This document shows positions 40,466 to 49,784 of a stretch of 64,000 bases of DNA, one piece after another. The DNA is taken from positions 736,001 to 800,000 of the forward strand of contig OY821645.1 of the NCBI GenBank assembly GCA_963682135.1, given 5' to 3'. Each line of letters begins with the position of its first letter. The first letter of the stretch is position 1. The notes under the pieces were generated by a model that worked only from the letters and a program-made list of their open reading frames with translations, was not told the origin of the DNA and did no database searches. This DNA comes from Methanothrix sp. Lineage in GTDB: Archaea; Halobacteriota; Methanosarcinia; Methanotrichales; Methanotrichaceae. The position numbers were made by a program, and so were the translations under genes.

Positions 40466-41245
40466 TTATAGTAAATAATATTCGAGTGACAGAATTGTTC
40501 TCGTGAATACCTCATTAAAATCTGGGATGGCCCCAATCTGGTGGTGCAATGATGCATTCCAGGATGCTGCAAAACTGCTCTGCTTTTCTATAAGTGGCGA
40601 TATGCTAAGAGTAATATTCTTACATTTGCATTTATTATGAATGATTGATTTCACTCGTTCACGATCTACGATGTCTGATAATTGATCGATATCGTACAAG
40701 TCTCGAGATCGCGTTCGTTGAAAGAGTGATCGAATCTTTTCTGCCATAATCTCGTCAATAGAATACGATGTAATCGAGGCATCAAATGAGTCAGAAAATT
40801 GGTGATGTATCGGCATTTTTTCTACGGGAAGCATGATCATTTCGTTCTTTGGTTCTGTGATATCCAATTTAATTGTTATAGGGGCCAACGTACTACGATT
40901 AATAATTCTAAACTTTGCGATTGCGCGAAAACCACTCTTGGTATCTATAATGTCAATATCATCTTCGAATTGTATCCCGCATTCTTCTCGTGTCCTTGTG
41001 ATTGACTTTGTGATCAGGTTCTGCAGAGCATCCAGATCCAAGTTCTTAGTTAAGGTAAAATCTAGATCATCAGAAAACCGATAATTTTCGATAAATACTT
41101 TTCTTATGCATGTTCCGCCTTTGAATACCATCTCTCTTGTATCGAGATATGCAAGCAGCCAATTTTGCGCATAATCGCGTTCGATTGTCGAGGGTGGCAC
41201 AGACAATCTTCTCGCTATTTCTTTGATTTCTCTGATGGGAATCAT
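40466..41245 (-). CDS. abiEii: AbiEii-family nucleotidyltransferase toxin (type IV TA)
   Basis: IERDY, FKGGT, RFSDDLDF, AEKIRSL..R...RDLYD. Confidence 0.93.
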   Translation of the reverse strand: MIPIREIKEIARRLSVPPSTIERDYAQNWLLAYLDTREMVFKGGTCIRKVFIENYRFSDDLDFTLTKNLDLDALQNLITKSITRTREECGIQFEDDIDIIDTKSGFRAIAKFRIINRSTLAPITIKLDITEPKNEMIMLPVEKMPIHHQFSDSFDASITSYSIDEIMAEKIRSLFQRTRSRDLYDIDQLSDIVDRERVKSIIHNKCKCKNITLSISPLIEKQSSFAASWNASLHHQIGAIPDFNEVFTRTILSLEYYLL

Positions 41246-42000
41246 TCCAAATCATCCAAGAAGGTTGTATCGAGGTTGATAATCAGCCGCCATTTTGTAT
41301 TAACAGGACCCATTGAAGGCATTGTCGGATCAAGCAATAGATACTTTTTTGATTTAATCTGAGGGACCGCTAGCGGAAGACCTATTTGATCGCATAAAAA
41401 GCCGAGTCGTCGAACCACTGAGAGGTTGTCTATCTTAAGAGCATACTCGTTTATTCGCTTTTGGTTCAATAGACCGGTCTTAAGAGCCTTCGCAACTTCT
41501 ATAATACCACCAGAGTACTGCGGCTTGTCGAGGCAATCAATAATGGTTTTCTCTTTATCCGTAATGCTCACTGCAGCCTCTTCTATCCACTCCTTTCTTA
41601 GCCCATAGAATTTCTCCTTTTTAATTCGAACTATCTGATAATCTAGGCCGAAAATGTTTAATCTGCTTTTTTTCTTGCGGGCAGGTGTCTGCAAAAAAAC
41701 AGTTCTTGGAATCTGCTCAGTCAACCCATAATAATGCAGGGCGCTCCAATAGGAAATTGCTGAAGGTTCAATTAGATAAGAGCCAATGACGAATTCATGG
41801 AGGGTATAGCTTCCCTTTTCACTATCAAGTGGAATTATCAGATATTTTCCTTTTTCAATCCGCTCGATAAAACCACGATCTTCTAGCCGAGAGAGAATTA
41901 CAGAGAGTGCCTCTTTCTCAATATGGGTCTTCCTGTAGAGCTGGCCAAAGGAAAATACCTGACCCTCTTTAGCTATCGATTTAAGGATTTGAATTGTCAT
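41242..42000 (-). CDS. abiEi: AbiEi-family antitoxin / transcriptional regulator
   Basis: wHTH RL...G.I.RI.KG.Y, SYWSAL.YYGLTEQIP, TD.EKTIIDC; ATGA overlap with toxin. Confidence 0.92.
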   Translation of the reverse strand: MTIQILKSIAKEGQVFSFGQLYRKTHIEKEALSVILSRLEDRGFIERIEKGKYLIIPLDSEKGSYTLHEFVIGSYLIEPSAISYWSALHYYGLTEQIPRTVFLQTPARKKKSRLNIFGLDYQIVRIKKEKFYGLRKEWIEEAAVSITDKEKTIIDCLDKPQYSGGIIEVAKALKTGLLNQKRINEYALKIDNLSVVRRLGFLCDQIGLPLAVPQIKSKKYLLLDPTMPSMGPVNTKWRLIINLDTTFLDDLE

Positions 42001-42011
42001 AGCTTCACCCG

Positions 42012-42086
42012 TATCATAATTCCCCTTTTAGTACACCAACATTATCAGTTATGTATATTTTGGTGTATACAACGGGGAATACGATA
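42012..42086. promoter_or_regulatory. long imperfect inverted repeat, probable AbiEi operator
   Basis: TATCATAATTCCCCTTTTAGTACACCAA (42012-42039) vs TTGGTGTATACAACGGGGAATACGATA (42060-42086) immediately upstream of abiEi. Confidence 0.7.
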
Positions 42087-42108
42087 TGGTACGACTTGAG
42101 TAGGCATT

Positions 42109-42139
42109 GTGCTATACGCTTCGCCGAAGCGTATAGCAC
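42109..42139. repeat. perfect 15-bp palindrome
   Basis: GTGCTATACGCTTCG-C-CGAAGCGTATAGCAC. Confidence 0.9.
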
Positions 42140-42154
42140 GTATGAGATAAATAT

Positions 42155-42523
42155 CTAACTATCGTTTATATCATCATGATTTATAAACTCCCATTTGATT
42201 ACCTCAGTAAAACCGCAAACAGTATCGATAACATCATCCTCAAGCTCGGTTTTAGCGTCCTTTATCGTGACTTTTGCAAATCTATTAAATAAACCTGGGA
42301 ATTTATTCCGGAAAAGGTCGGAGATTATATACCGTCTCTGCTTAACATGTCGAATTGCTTCATAGGCACCAATACGTTGCGTCTCATAAGTGGTTATTAT
42401 GGCCAATAATCTCTTGTACTCTTCTTCGTGCAGTTTCAATTGCTGACGTTCCCTCTCTAAAACCTCGTGTAGCTCATAAGCCCTCTTTAATATATCTTCA
42501 GGGGTTTGTTGCTTTAGGTCCAT
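42155..42523 (-). CDS. hypothetical protein (AT-rich, coiled-coil N-terminus)
   Basis: 122-aa ATG ORF, no recognised motif. Confidence 0.65.
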   Translation of the reverse strand: MDLKQQTPEDILKRAYELHEVLERERQQLKLHEEEYKRLLAIITTYETQRIGAYEAIRHVKQRRYIISDLFRNKFPGLFNRFAKVTIKDAKTELEDDVIDTVCGFTEVIKWEFINHDDINDS

Positions 42524-42544
42524 GTAATCTCTCAGACTACGAAT

Positions 42545-42875
42545 AGAGGCTCAGACGAAAAGCCTTTTGGTTTTGGCCGATGGCCGAAGCGGGGCAGCTC
42601 GGCTCTCGTCCAGGCACTGGGCGGGCAGGAGCACGGTAAGCGCCGGGCTGCCTGTGAGGCTGTTGGCTCTTCCCCGAACCGCAGATCGTCATTGTGCTCG
42701 CTGTGCCGGTTGAACCTCATCCGTGCTCTCGCGCGTTTTGGATGCGTTCTTCGGCTAGCGAGGTCTTGGGCTGGATACAGCCTTTTGCTTGCAGCGAGCA
42801 AATCCCTGTTATCATAGCCTGGAAGTCTAGTTTAGCCTGCGGCTTCAGGACGATCCTTCGCATCGAGAGGATCGA
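42545..42875 (+). other. highly structured GC-rich non-coding element
   Basis: At least seven stems, several with G-T wobbles on the + strand; no credible ORF. Confidence 0.55.
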
Positions 42876-42928
42876 TAGAGATTTGGAATGCAAAAGACGA
42901 TAAGGAACTGACAAAGAGGTCATTGGCA

Positions 42929-43741
42929 ATGATCGATTTCGATAATATAGACGACTGGGCACCTAGGCTCACAGCTGTGCTACGCCCATATGTGCCAATT
43001 TCTGTCGAGCAGACACTCTTAGAATCGGAACTGGAATATATCCAAGATGCACAGAAAATACTTTTCCAACTAACTGACCACGATGCGATCATAGATATGG
43101 TGATTGCCTGGCTTCGATCGAATAATATAGCAGGCTATCATGGATCCCGTCTGACAGATGCAGAGGTTCAATCTATCCAAGCACAAGGCCTAATCCCATT
43201 GAATGCAGAAGGCCGTCGTGATCGGCTTATTAATGTGTTATCTCCTCATTCTAGATGGCCAGAAGTGGCAGACCGACTCGATGCAGTCATCCGGAATTAT
43301 GGAAAGGGTAATCGCGCTGGCCATAGGGAAGGTCAAGCGCATCTTACACTCTCAAGAGCTGGTTTGATTAAAAGTTTCAATCATTACCTTACACATGGCT
43401 CTGAATTTGATCAACACGTGGCTGGAGAGCTGCTGGAGACAGATGGGGTGGATCTCCTTACACACTATGGTATGCCCAGAGTATTTCAGGTCGCTGTTCC
43501 TGGTGGCTTAGCTTTGAATGCCGCTAATCGATATCTTTCCGTCGACGGTTTCCGGGAAGGAGGAGAGGTCCCCAACATAGTAAGAGAGTTTCTTACATCT
43601 TGGAGCTGTCGGCTAGCAGTTCCGGATTTTCAGTCTGCGATGATGAAGGTTGATTGTGGCATAGTGTTTGGCCAGACCATTCCTGCTGCCTGGATAACTG
43701 AAATTCAAACTCTCAGTACCACCCTTCTAAGTCGATTGTGA
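42929..43741 (+). CDS. hypothetical protein, possible ADP-ribosyltransferase-like fold
   Basis: GYHGSR....SI...GL.P and later HLTLS resemble ART/KptA strand motifs. Confidence 0.55.
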   Translation: MIDFDNIDDWAPRLTAVLRPYVPISVEQTLLESELEYIQDAQKILFQLTDHDAIIDMVIAWLRSNNIAGYHGSRLTDAEVQSIQAQGLIPLNAEGRRDRLINVLSPHSRWPEVADRLDAVIRNYGKGNRAGHREGQAHLTLSRAGLIKSFNHYLTHGSEFDQHVAGELLETDGVDLLTHYGMPRVFQVAVPGGLALNAANRYLSVDGFREGGEVPNIVREFLTSWSCRLAVPDFQSAMMKVDCGIVFGQTIPAAWITEIQTLSTTLLSRL

Positions 43742-43762
43742 AGATCTCAAGAACTCCCGATG

Positions 43763-46606
43763 TCACCCCCAAAACCTCTTCGTCCTGGCATACTCCCTCT
43801 CCGCCTTCAGAATATCCCGGTAGAACTCCAGTTCATCACTCTGCATCTTTCCCACAACCCGGGCAGCCGTATCCGGGCCCAGCCCCCGGCTCGCCAAAGC
43901 GATGGCAGCGGTCTTGCCGTAGCTCAGGACCAGGTTGGCATTGCGAAAGACCCGCTTCGTCCTGCGTTTGTCCTCGGCGGTCTTCTTCTTCTCCGGCTTT
44001 TTGACGATCTTGATCTCCTCTTCCTCCCAGGGCTTGAGGGCTGCTACCATGCGGGAACCGCATAAAGGACATTCCGGCTGCTCTGGCACTCGCTCCACCT
44101 GACGCATGCTCTTCCATTTCTTGCAATTCACGCAGAACAACAAGACCCGGTCGTTCATGATGCGGTTTTTGAGCAGATCAATGACCGCAGCATCCGCGTG
44201 CTCGGGTGATGTGACATCCCGACCCCCGCCCCTCCCTGAGGTTCCAATGGGGCTTGGCGAGCTGGCGATAATCTCAATTGAGCCGTCCTGAATTCTCTGC
44301 AGCACCCACTTGGCTCGCTCTATGTCCAGCCGGTCATGATAGATCTCCCGCAGCGCCTCCCGGTACATGGGCGTGCCCTCGAAGACGGCCAGAAGCTTGG
44401 CCATGCTCACCCTCTGATAGTCCACATCCCGAGAGAATGCCCCAAATTTGCGGGCTACGTGCACCATCTTCCAGCGCAAAAGGGTAGTATTCTTGAGAGT
44501 CATCTCCAGGATGGGCTCCACGTAAGTCGGATCCAGCTCCATGAGCAGCTTCTTGATCTCCTCGGCCAGCAGGACGCGAGGCAGTGTCAGCTCAATTCGG
44601 TAAGGATCTATTTGCAGGGCCACATTGCTGCCGAATCGGGCAGAAAGGATAGCAGTGATGATCCGACCCAATGTGTCATTGGTCTTATGGCCGAAACAGG
44701 CATTGATGATGGCGCCCTCTCCCCCGCTCTCCACCACAATATGAGATTCATCAGGAACGGGCAGGCGTTTCTCCATCTGCTTTTGGATGAGATCGACAAG
44801 CTCTGCTGCCGCAACATCCTCCAGCGGGTACTTTCTCTGCAGCATGGCCACGGCCCGATCGCTGGCGCTGCCGGCTGAAGCTTCATCTGCGCTTCCTTCG
44901 TTTCCTTCGCCTCCTGCGCGCTCCAGGATCTGCAAGATCTCCCGCCGCATGCTGCCCACCTCCTGGGCAATAGCAAAGGGAACGGGAATCTCTTCCCCCG
45001 TCCAGCTGGGAATCTCTCCGCTCCTGTGAATGGGCACCACCTTGATCTCATTGTCTGCAATCTCAGTGATCTCCCAGATCTCCCCCTTGGTGACGAATGT
45101 GGCTCCCGGCTGGGCGAAGCTGATGACAAATGCCTCGTCCAGAGTTCCAACGGAGCGGCGGCCTACTATGTCATAGACGTTGTACCTCTTCTCATCCGGG
45201 ATCATGGAGAGGTTCTCGATGTAGTACTCGCGTGCCTTGCGAGTCCTCTGCAAAATATCGCCATCCGGCCATGCCAGGCGATGCTCCACCATCTGAGTGA
45301 TGACGCCGTCCATCTCTTCCTTGCCTAGATCTCGAAAAGGATAGGCTCTGGTGACGATTCGGTGCACCGTTTCCCTATCGATGTCACCAAAATCCATCTC
45401 CAGTCCTACAATCTGATTGGCCAGGACATCTGTGGGCTTCTCGTGAATCAAGATGGCTTCCAGCTCGCCGGCTGCCGCTCCGCGGGCAATGGCACAACCC
45501 TCGGCCACGTCATCGGCACTGGTAGCAATGATGGTCCCGGAAGAGACGAGACCAATCTTGTGTCCGGAACGTCCAACGCGCTGCAGAAGGCGAGCAACGG
45601 CGCGCGGAGAGCTGTACTGAATAACGTGGTCCACGTCTCCGATATCAATTCCCAGTTCCATGGAGGAGGTGCAGATCAGGCCGCGCAAATCGCCTGCCTT
45701 GAATGCCTCCTCTGCTTCTACTCGCGTTTCAACGGAGAGACTGCCGTGGTGCACACCAACAGGCTCGCCAAGCTGGCGAAAACGCGAGCCCAGTACCTCC
45801 GCCGCCTGCCGGGTATTCACAAAAATCAGGCACTTTTTATTGTGCACCGTCTCCCGGATGAAGCGAATCTGCGCAGCCAGACGGGGATCGCACTCCAGGG
45901 TGCTTGCCATGGCATAGTCCCCTCTGCTGGGAGAAGGGCTGACCACGCGAAAGTCGCTGGCCCTCTCCACATCTGTCTGGATGATTTTGCAGCTTCTATT
46001 CGTTCCCACGAGCAGACTGGCCACGACCTGCGGCGAGCCAACCGTAGCAGAAAGCCCAATTCTTTGAAAGTCGCCGGCAAGCTGCGCCAGCCTCTCCAGG
46101 AGCACGGCCAGCTGCGAGCCGCGTTTGGTGGAGGCCATCTCATGAACCTCGTCTACCACCACGGTCCTGACAGTGGAGAGATTCTTGCGCAGGAGTTTTC
46201 CCGTCAGCATTATCTGCAAAGTCTCCGGGGTTGTGATCAAGAGATCCGGCGGCTTTAGGGCCTGTTTTCTCCGATCCGCCTGACTGGTGTCGCCGTGCCG
46301 AACAGCAACGCTGATGTGCAGCTTCTCCCCCCATTCTAAAAATCGGCGCAGCATGTCCCGATTGAGGGCACGAAGTGGCGTGATGTAGACCGCCTTTGTG
46401 CCCTTGATCTCGCTAGAGAGGATCTGATGAAAGATGGGCAGGCTTGCGGCCTCGGTCTTCCCTGTGCCTGTGGGCGCAATGAGCAGCACATTTTCGTTGG
46501 AGAGGATAGCAGGAATAGCCTCTTCTTGCGGCTTTGTCGGCTCGAAAATCCGATCTTCCTCTAGCTTTGCTCTGATCTGGTCATCAAGCAGGAGGAAAGC
46601 GTTCAC
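43763..46606 (-). CDS. lhr: Lhr-family DEAD/DEAH-box helicase
   Basis: APTGTGKT, RHGDT, DEVH, SAT, HHGSLS, SMELGID, QRVGRSGH; C-terminal Zn finger. Confidence 0.95.
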   Translation of the reverse strand: MNAFLLLDDQIRAKLEEDRIFEPTKPQEEAIPAILSNENVLLIAPTGTGKTEAASLPIFHQILSSEIKGTKAVYITPLRALNRDMLRRFLEWGEKLHISVAVRHGDTSQADRRKQALKPPDLLITTPETLQIMLTGKLLRKNLSTVRTVVVDEVHEMASTKRGSQLAVLLERLAQLAGDFQRIGLSATVGSPQVVASLLVGTNRSCKIIQTDVERASDFRVVSPSPSRGDYAMASTLECDPRLAAQIRFIRETVHNKKCLIFVNTRQAAEVLGSRFRQLGEPVGVHHGSLSVETRVEAEEAFKAGDLRGLICTSSMELGIDIGDVDHVIQYSSPRAVARLLQRVGRSGHKIGLVSSGTIIATSADDVAEGCAIARGAAAGELEAILIHEKPTDVLANQIVGLEMDFGDIDRETVHRIVTRAYPFRDLGKEEMDGVITQMVEHRLAWPDGDILQRTRKAREYYIENLSMIPDEKRYNVYDIVGRRSVGTLDEAFVISFAQPGATFVTKGEIWEITEIADNEIKVVPIHRSGEIPSWTGEEIPVPFAIAQEVGSMRREILQILERAGGEGNEGSADEASAGSASDRAVAMLQRKYPLEDVAAAELVDLIQKQMEKRLPVPDESHIVVESGGEGAIINACFGHKTNDTLGRIITAILSARFGSNVALQIDPYRIELTLPRVLLAEEIKKLLMELDPTYVEPILEMTLKNTTLLRWKMVHVARKFGAFSRDVDYQRVSMAKLLAVFEGTPMYREALREIYHDRLDIERAKWVLQRIQDGSIEIIASSPSPIGTSGRGGGRDVTSPEHADAAVIDLLKNRIMNDRVLLFCVNCKKWKSMRQVERVPEQPECPLCGSRMVAALKPWEEEEIKIVKKPEKKKTAEDKRRTKRVFRNANLVLSYGKTAAIALASRGLGPDTAARVVGKMQSDELEFYRDILKAEREYARTKRFWG

Positions 46607-46758
46607 AAGTAATCATTCCTGAACAGGTATATGAAAGCCTTGCGGCAAAGACGATATGGATATTTGTATGTTATTCATACTTTTGTAATTGTAAATAATG
46701 TTTTATGTAATCTTTTTCCAGGAAAACTACTTATTCTTACACGTACTATTGGACTGCT

Positions 46759-47079
46759 ATGGCAGGAGTACTTGAGTGCATGGGAGGATCAAGAAAGCAT
46801 CTGATAAAGCCCGCAAAATCAATTGTTGCCGATGGCCGGGACCAGGAGCTGAAGACCGCAAAACAGATCCTTGCCGAGGTTTTCCACACACAGCTTTGCG
46901 ATGTGGAGGATATGATTATGAGACGTCTTGTGGAGAAAGACCCAATTGATGAGAAATGCCGACAGGAGGTGAAGTGCCAGCTAGAGGAGAGAGCCGGGAC
47001 CAGGGTGAATGCAAGTCATGCAAATTGGGGGACATGGCCGGAGATGTTCTGGGTAGAGGGTGAGGTCAAGAAATCATAA
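46759..47079 (+). CDS. hypothetical protein
   Basis: 106-aa ATG ORF after AT-rich promoter region. Confidence 0.65.
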   Translation: MAGVLECMGGSRKHLIKPAKSIVADGRDQELKTAKQILAEVFHTQLCDVEDMIMRRLVEKDPIDEKCRQEVKCQLEERAGTRVNASHANWGTWPEMFWVEGEVKKS

Positions 47080-47941
47080 AGAAATATACTAAAGATGATA
47101 CGACAGGCAAGACTATGTTATCGTTGACTCTCAGGGGTAGTGACTCAATAATTGTCGCTGCCATTGCCACTAGAATTGTTGCCGGCACCGGCATCACCAG
47201 GAGGGAACATATTGCCCCAGCCGCAAATCCAATCATACCTTCAAATGTCTTGCTGCTATTCCAGGGCAGCTTATGTCTTCCGTAACGAGTGCCGATGTAT
47301 GTGGCAAGACCATCGCCCAGAGCCAGTATGAATATTACAGATATTGCCGCTGCGATTTCATTTCTCAGCAGACTGAGAACAAAGAGAATGCCAAGCGCAT
47401 TATATAGCGATCCCTCGCCGGGTATCTCTCCTTCCCGGCCCACATTTCGTAGCCAGTTATCAATCCCGGGTATTTTTAGTCCAATTATTTTCAGATGCAT
47501 CAGCAGAATTCCAACGCAAGTTCCCAGAAGGACAAAATATGATGTAGTCTGGATGCCAAGCACCCATATCAATAGACATGCCGATAGGTTTGAAATTATG
47601 TGTACGGCTTTTCTTGCCCTCTCATCGATCCTGTTAATTGCCCTCTTTTGTCGAAAGACGATTGCCTGCGCAATAGCATATCCAAGACCTGCTATGGCTA
47701 TGCCTTCGCCAAGATCCAGCCAGCAATTCTGCCCTCCGGACACCTCAAACCAGCTCACCAACATTCCAATAATGTAGAATAAAGCAAATGCCCCATGTCC
47801 CATTAAGGGAAAGACAAATGAGAATGCTCCACTGATAGGTTGTAGTTGGCAGCAATTTACAGATTCTGGAAGGCACTTTAGAGATGCGGCGATAATCGCG
47901 GCAATGACGAGACTGAAAAACAGGAGCTTAATGCGCTGCAT
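47066..47941 (-). CDS. dolichol/phytol kinase-like (CTP_transf_1) membrane protein
   Basis: RK.VH, GDGLAT.IG..YG, KTFEG, DNIVLP. Confidence 0.88.
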   Translation of the reverse strand: MQRIKLLFFSLVIAAIIAASLKCLPESVNCCQLQPISGAFSFVFPLMGHGAFALFYIIGMLVSWFEVSGGQNCWLDLGEGIAIAGLGYAIAQAIVFRQKRAINRIDERARKAVHIISNLSACLLIWVLGIQTTSYFVLLGTCVGILLMHLKIIGLKIPGIDNWLRNVGREGEIPGEGSLYNALGILFVLSLLRNEIAAAISVIFILALGDGLATYIGTRYGRHKLPWNSSKTFEGMIGFAAGAICSLLVMPVPATILVAMAATIIESLPLRVNDNIVLPVVSSLVYFFMIS

Positions 47942-48049
47942 CGATGTAGGATTGAGGGCAGACAAGAAATCACCTATTGAGTCAAGCGATCCAAAGCAAT
48001 TTGATCTCAATCAATTAATCTACTGGTATATAAATAGATGTAACTCCAA

Positions 48050-48742
48050 TTGTTTTGCGATAGCTGGAGCCTGAGAAAATTGGTTAAAAATAGATCAGAT
48101 AGACCGAAGTTGAATTCAAGTTTCAGATCAGGCAAACATTTGATATATGAAAATTATAAAATATATGTATCAGTTCTAATCCTCATAATAGTGTACAGTA
48201 CTATATTACTATTTTTGAATTTGCTGACACCCTACGACACGGCCCTTTTTCTTGAAATCAATCAATATAGAATCGATGCTATCGAATCATTTTTGCTACT
48301 ATGGACAAATGGTGGTACATACCTCTTCATAAGTTTGATAGTTATCGTTTTATGGCTAAAAGGCGAAAAAAATCCAGCGATCTATCTGGCATTAGGACTG
48401 ATAGTAGATGCGATCTTGGTTAGCGATCTAAAGATAATGATCCATAGGCCCAGGCCTTATGAAGTTCTGCCCATAATGCCTCTGGAACTCGCAGAAAATC
48501 TAAAAAGCCTACCATCTGGGCATACTGCCACAGCGTTCTTATCTGCCATGATATTGTCTAAATTTTATAGCAAATATCTAGTTGCTTTTTTTCTCATAGC
48601 AGCATCTATAGGTTTCTCGAGGGTATATATCGGCGTTCATTATCCGCTTGACGTAATAGCTGGAGCAATAACCGGCTGTTTGGTTGGCATTATAATGGTT
48701 GATCTCTTGGATCGCGTTCGGATGATTGGTCCACGCAGGTAG
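48050..48742 (+). CDS. PAP2-family lipid phosphatase
   Basis: K.....RPRP, PSGH, SRVYIGVHYPLD; start uncertain. Confidence 0.92.
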   Translation: MFCDSWSLRKLVKNRSDRPKLNSSFRSGKHLIYENYKIYVSVLILIIVYSTILLFLNLLTPYDTALFLEINQYRIDAIESFLLLWTNGGTYLFISLIVIVLWLKGEKNPAIYLALGLIVDAILVSDLKIMIHRPRPYEVLPIMPLELAENLKSLPSGHTATAFLSAMILSKFYSKYLVAFFLIAASIGFSRVYIGVHYPLDVIAGAITGCLVGIIMVDLLDRVRMIGPRR

Positions 48743-49685
48743 CTGATTTCACCAGTTCGTATAATGCCTCGTTTACGGGCACCTCTATCTTATGCTTTCT
48801 TGCCCGGCGAATGATATAGCCGTTTATGGAATCAATCTCTGTAATCCTACCCTTCAACATATCCTGAAGCATGCTGGAGGTATTGCCGGATGTCTTCTCG
48901 GCTACAGAATATACCATTTCCAGAACACTCCTCTCTTCTCGCCTTACTCCCTCCTTTGCGGCAACATTCACCGCTTCTCTGACCACTGCCTGTACAGTGT
49001 TTTTAAGAAGAGAGGAGAGTATAATCCCGTTCTCCCGGCGGGTTAAAGCAGTTATTGGGTTGATCACGGCGTTGGCGAAGAGCTTGCTATATTGATGCTC
49101 CCTAAAATCATTGGCAAATTCGATCTCAAAGCCCTTCTCCAGAAACCTGGCCACCATAAATTTCTTCAGATCCTCGTCGATCTTTTCCTCGATTATGGTC
49201 TTTCCCTTTCCTTTAAGCGCCACCATGCCATCCTCTGAGGACTTGACCCCCAGAGATGTGATGCCATCCAATACTTGAGAGTCCGGCAGGTCAAGCTCAT
49301 CAAAGGCTTCTCGATTACCCATGCCATTCATGAGCAGTATGAATATAGCATTCCTCAACCGCTCTTGCAGCAGGCCGGACTTTCTCAGTTCTTCGCAGAC
49401 AGCGGACAGAGAATAGGTCTTAACGCATATTATTACGATCTCCGGAAAAAAATCGGATGCTTTCAGATCGGCAAGATCTGTAAAACAGTATTTGAATTGC
49501 AGCAGCTTTCTCTTTTCGGGAAGATCTATCTGCAGGCCCAGATCGTTTATTCTATTTATAGGGCTCTTCCTTCCCAGGAGTGCCACGTTTTCAATCTTTC
49601 CACCAGATAAGTTACTGGGATATGAGAGAAGATATCCCATGAATGAGCCAATGGCCCCCGCACCATAAATCAAGATGTCTGCCAT
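48690..49685 (-). CDS. panE: 2-dehydropantoate 2-reductase
   Basis: GAGAIG, VKTY, NG, K...NAVINP, SSMLQD, TEIDSING. Confidence 0.9.
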   Translation of the reverse strand: MADILIYGAGAIGSFMGYLLSYPSNLSGGKIENVALLGRKSPINRINDLGLQIDLPEKRKLLQFKYCFTDLADLKASDFFPEIVIICVKTYSLSAVCEELRKSGLLQERLRNAIFILLMNGMGNREAFDELDLPDSQVLDGITSLGVKSSEDGMVALKGKGKTIIEEKIDEDLKKFMVARFLEKGFEIEFANDFREHQYSKLFANAVINPITALTRRENGIILSSLLKNTVQAVVREAVNVAAKEGVRREERSVLEMVYSVAEKTSGNTSSMLQDMLKGRITEIDSINGYIIRRARKHKIEVPVNEALYELVKSATCVDQSSERDPRDQPL

Positions 49686-49784
49686 TTTAATTCATTTAAT
49701 ACCCTATCACTTGCCCCTATAAAAATCTCTTCAAAGCAGACAAGCTGATAATTCAATTGACTAAAAATATTGGAGAGGCCAGGC

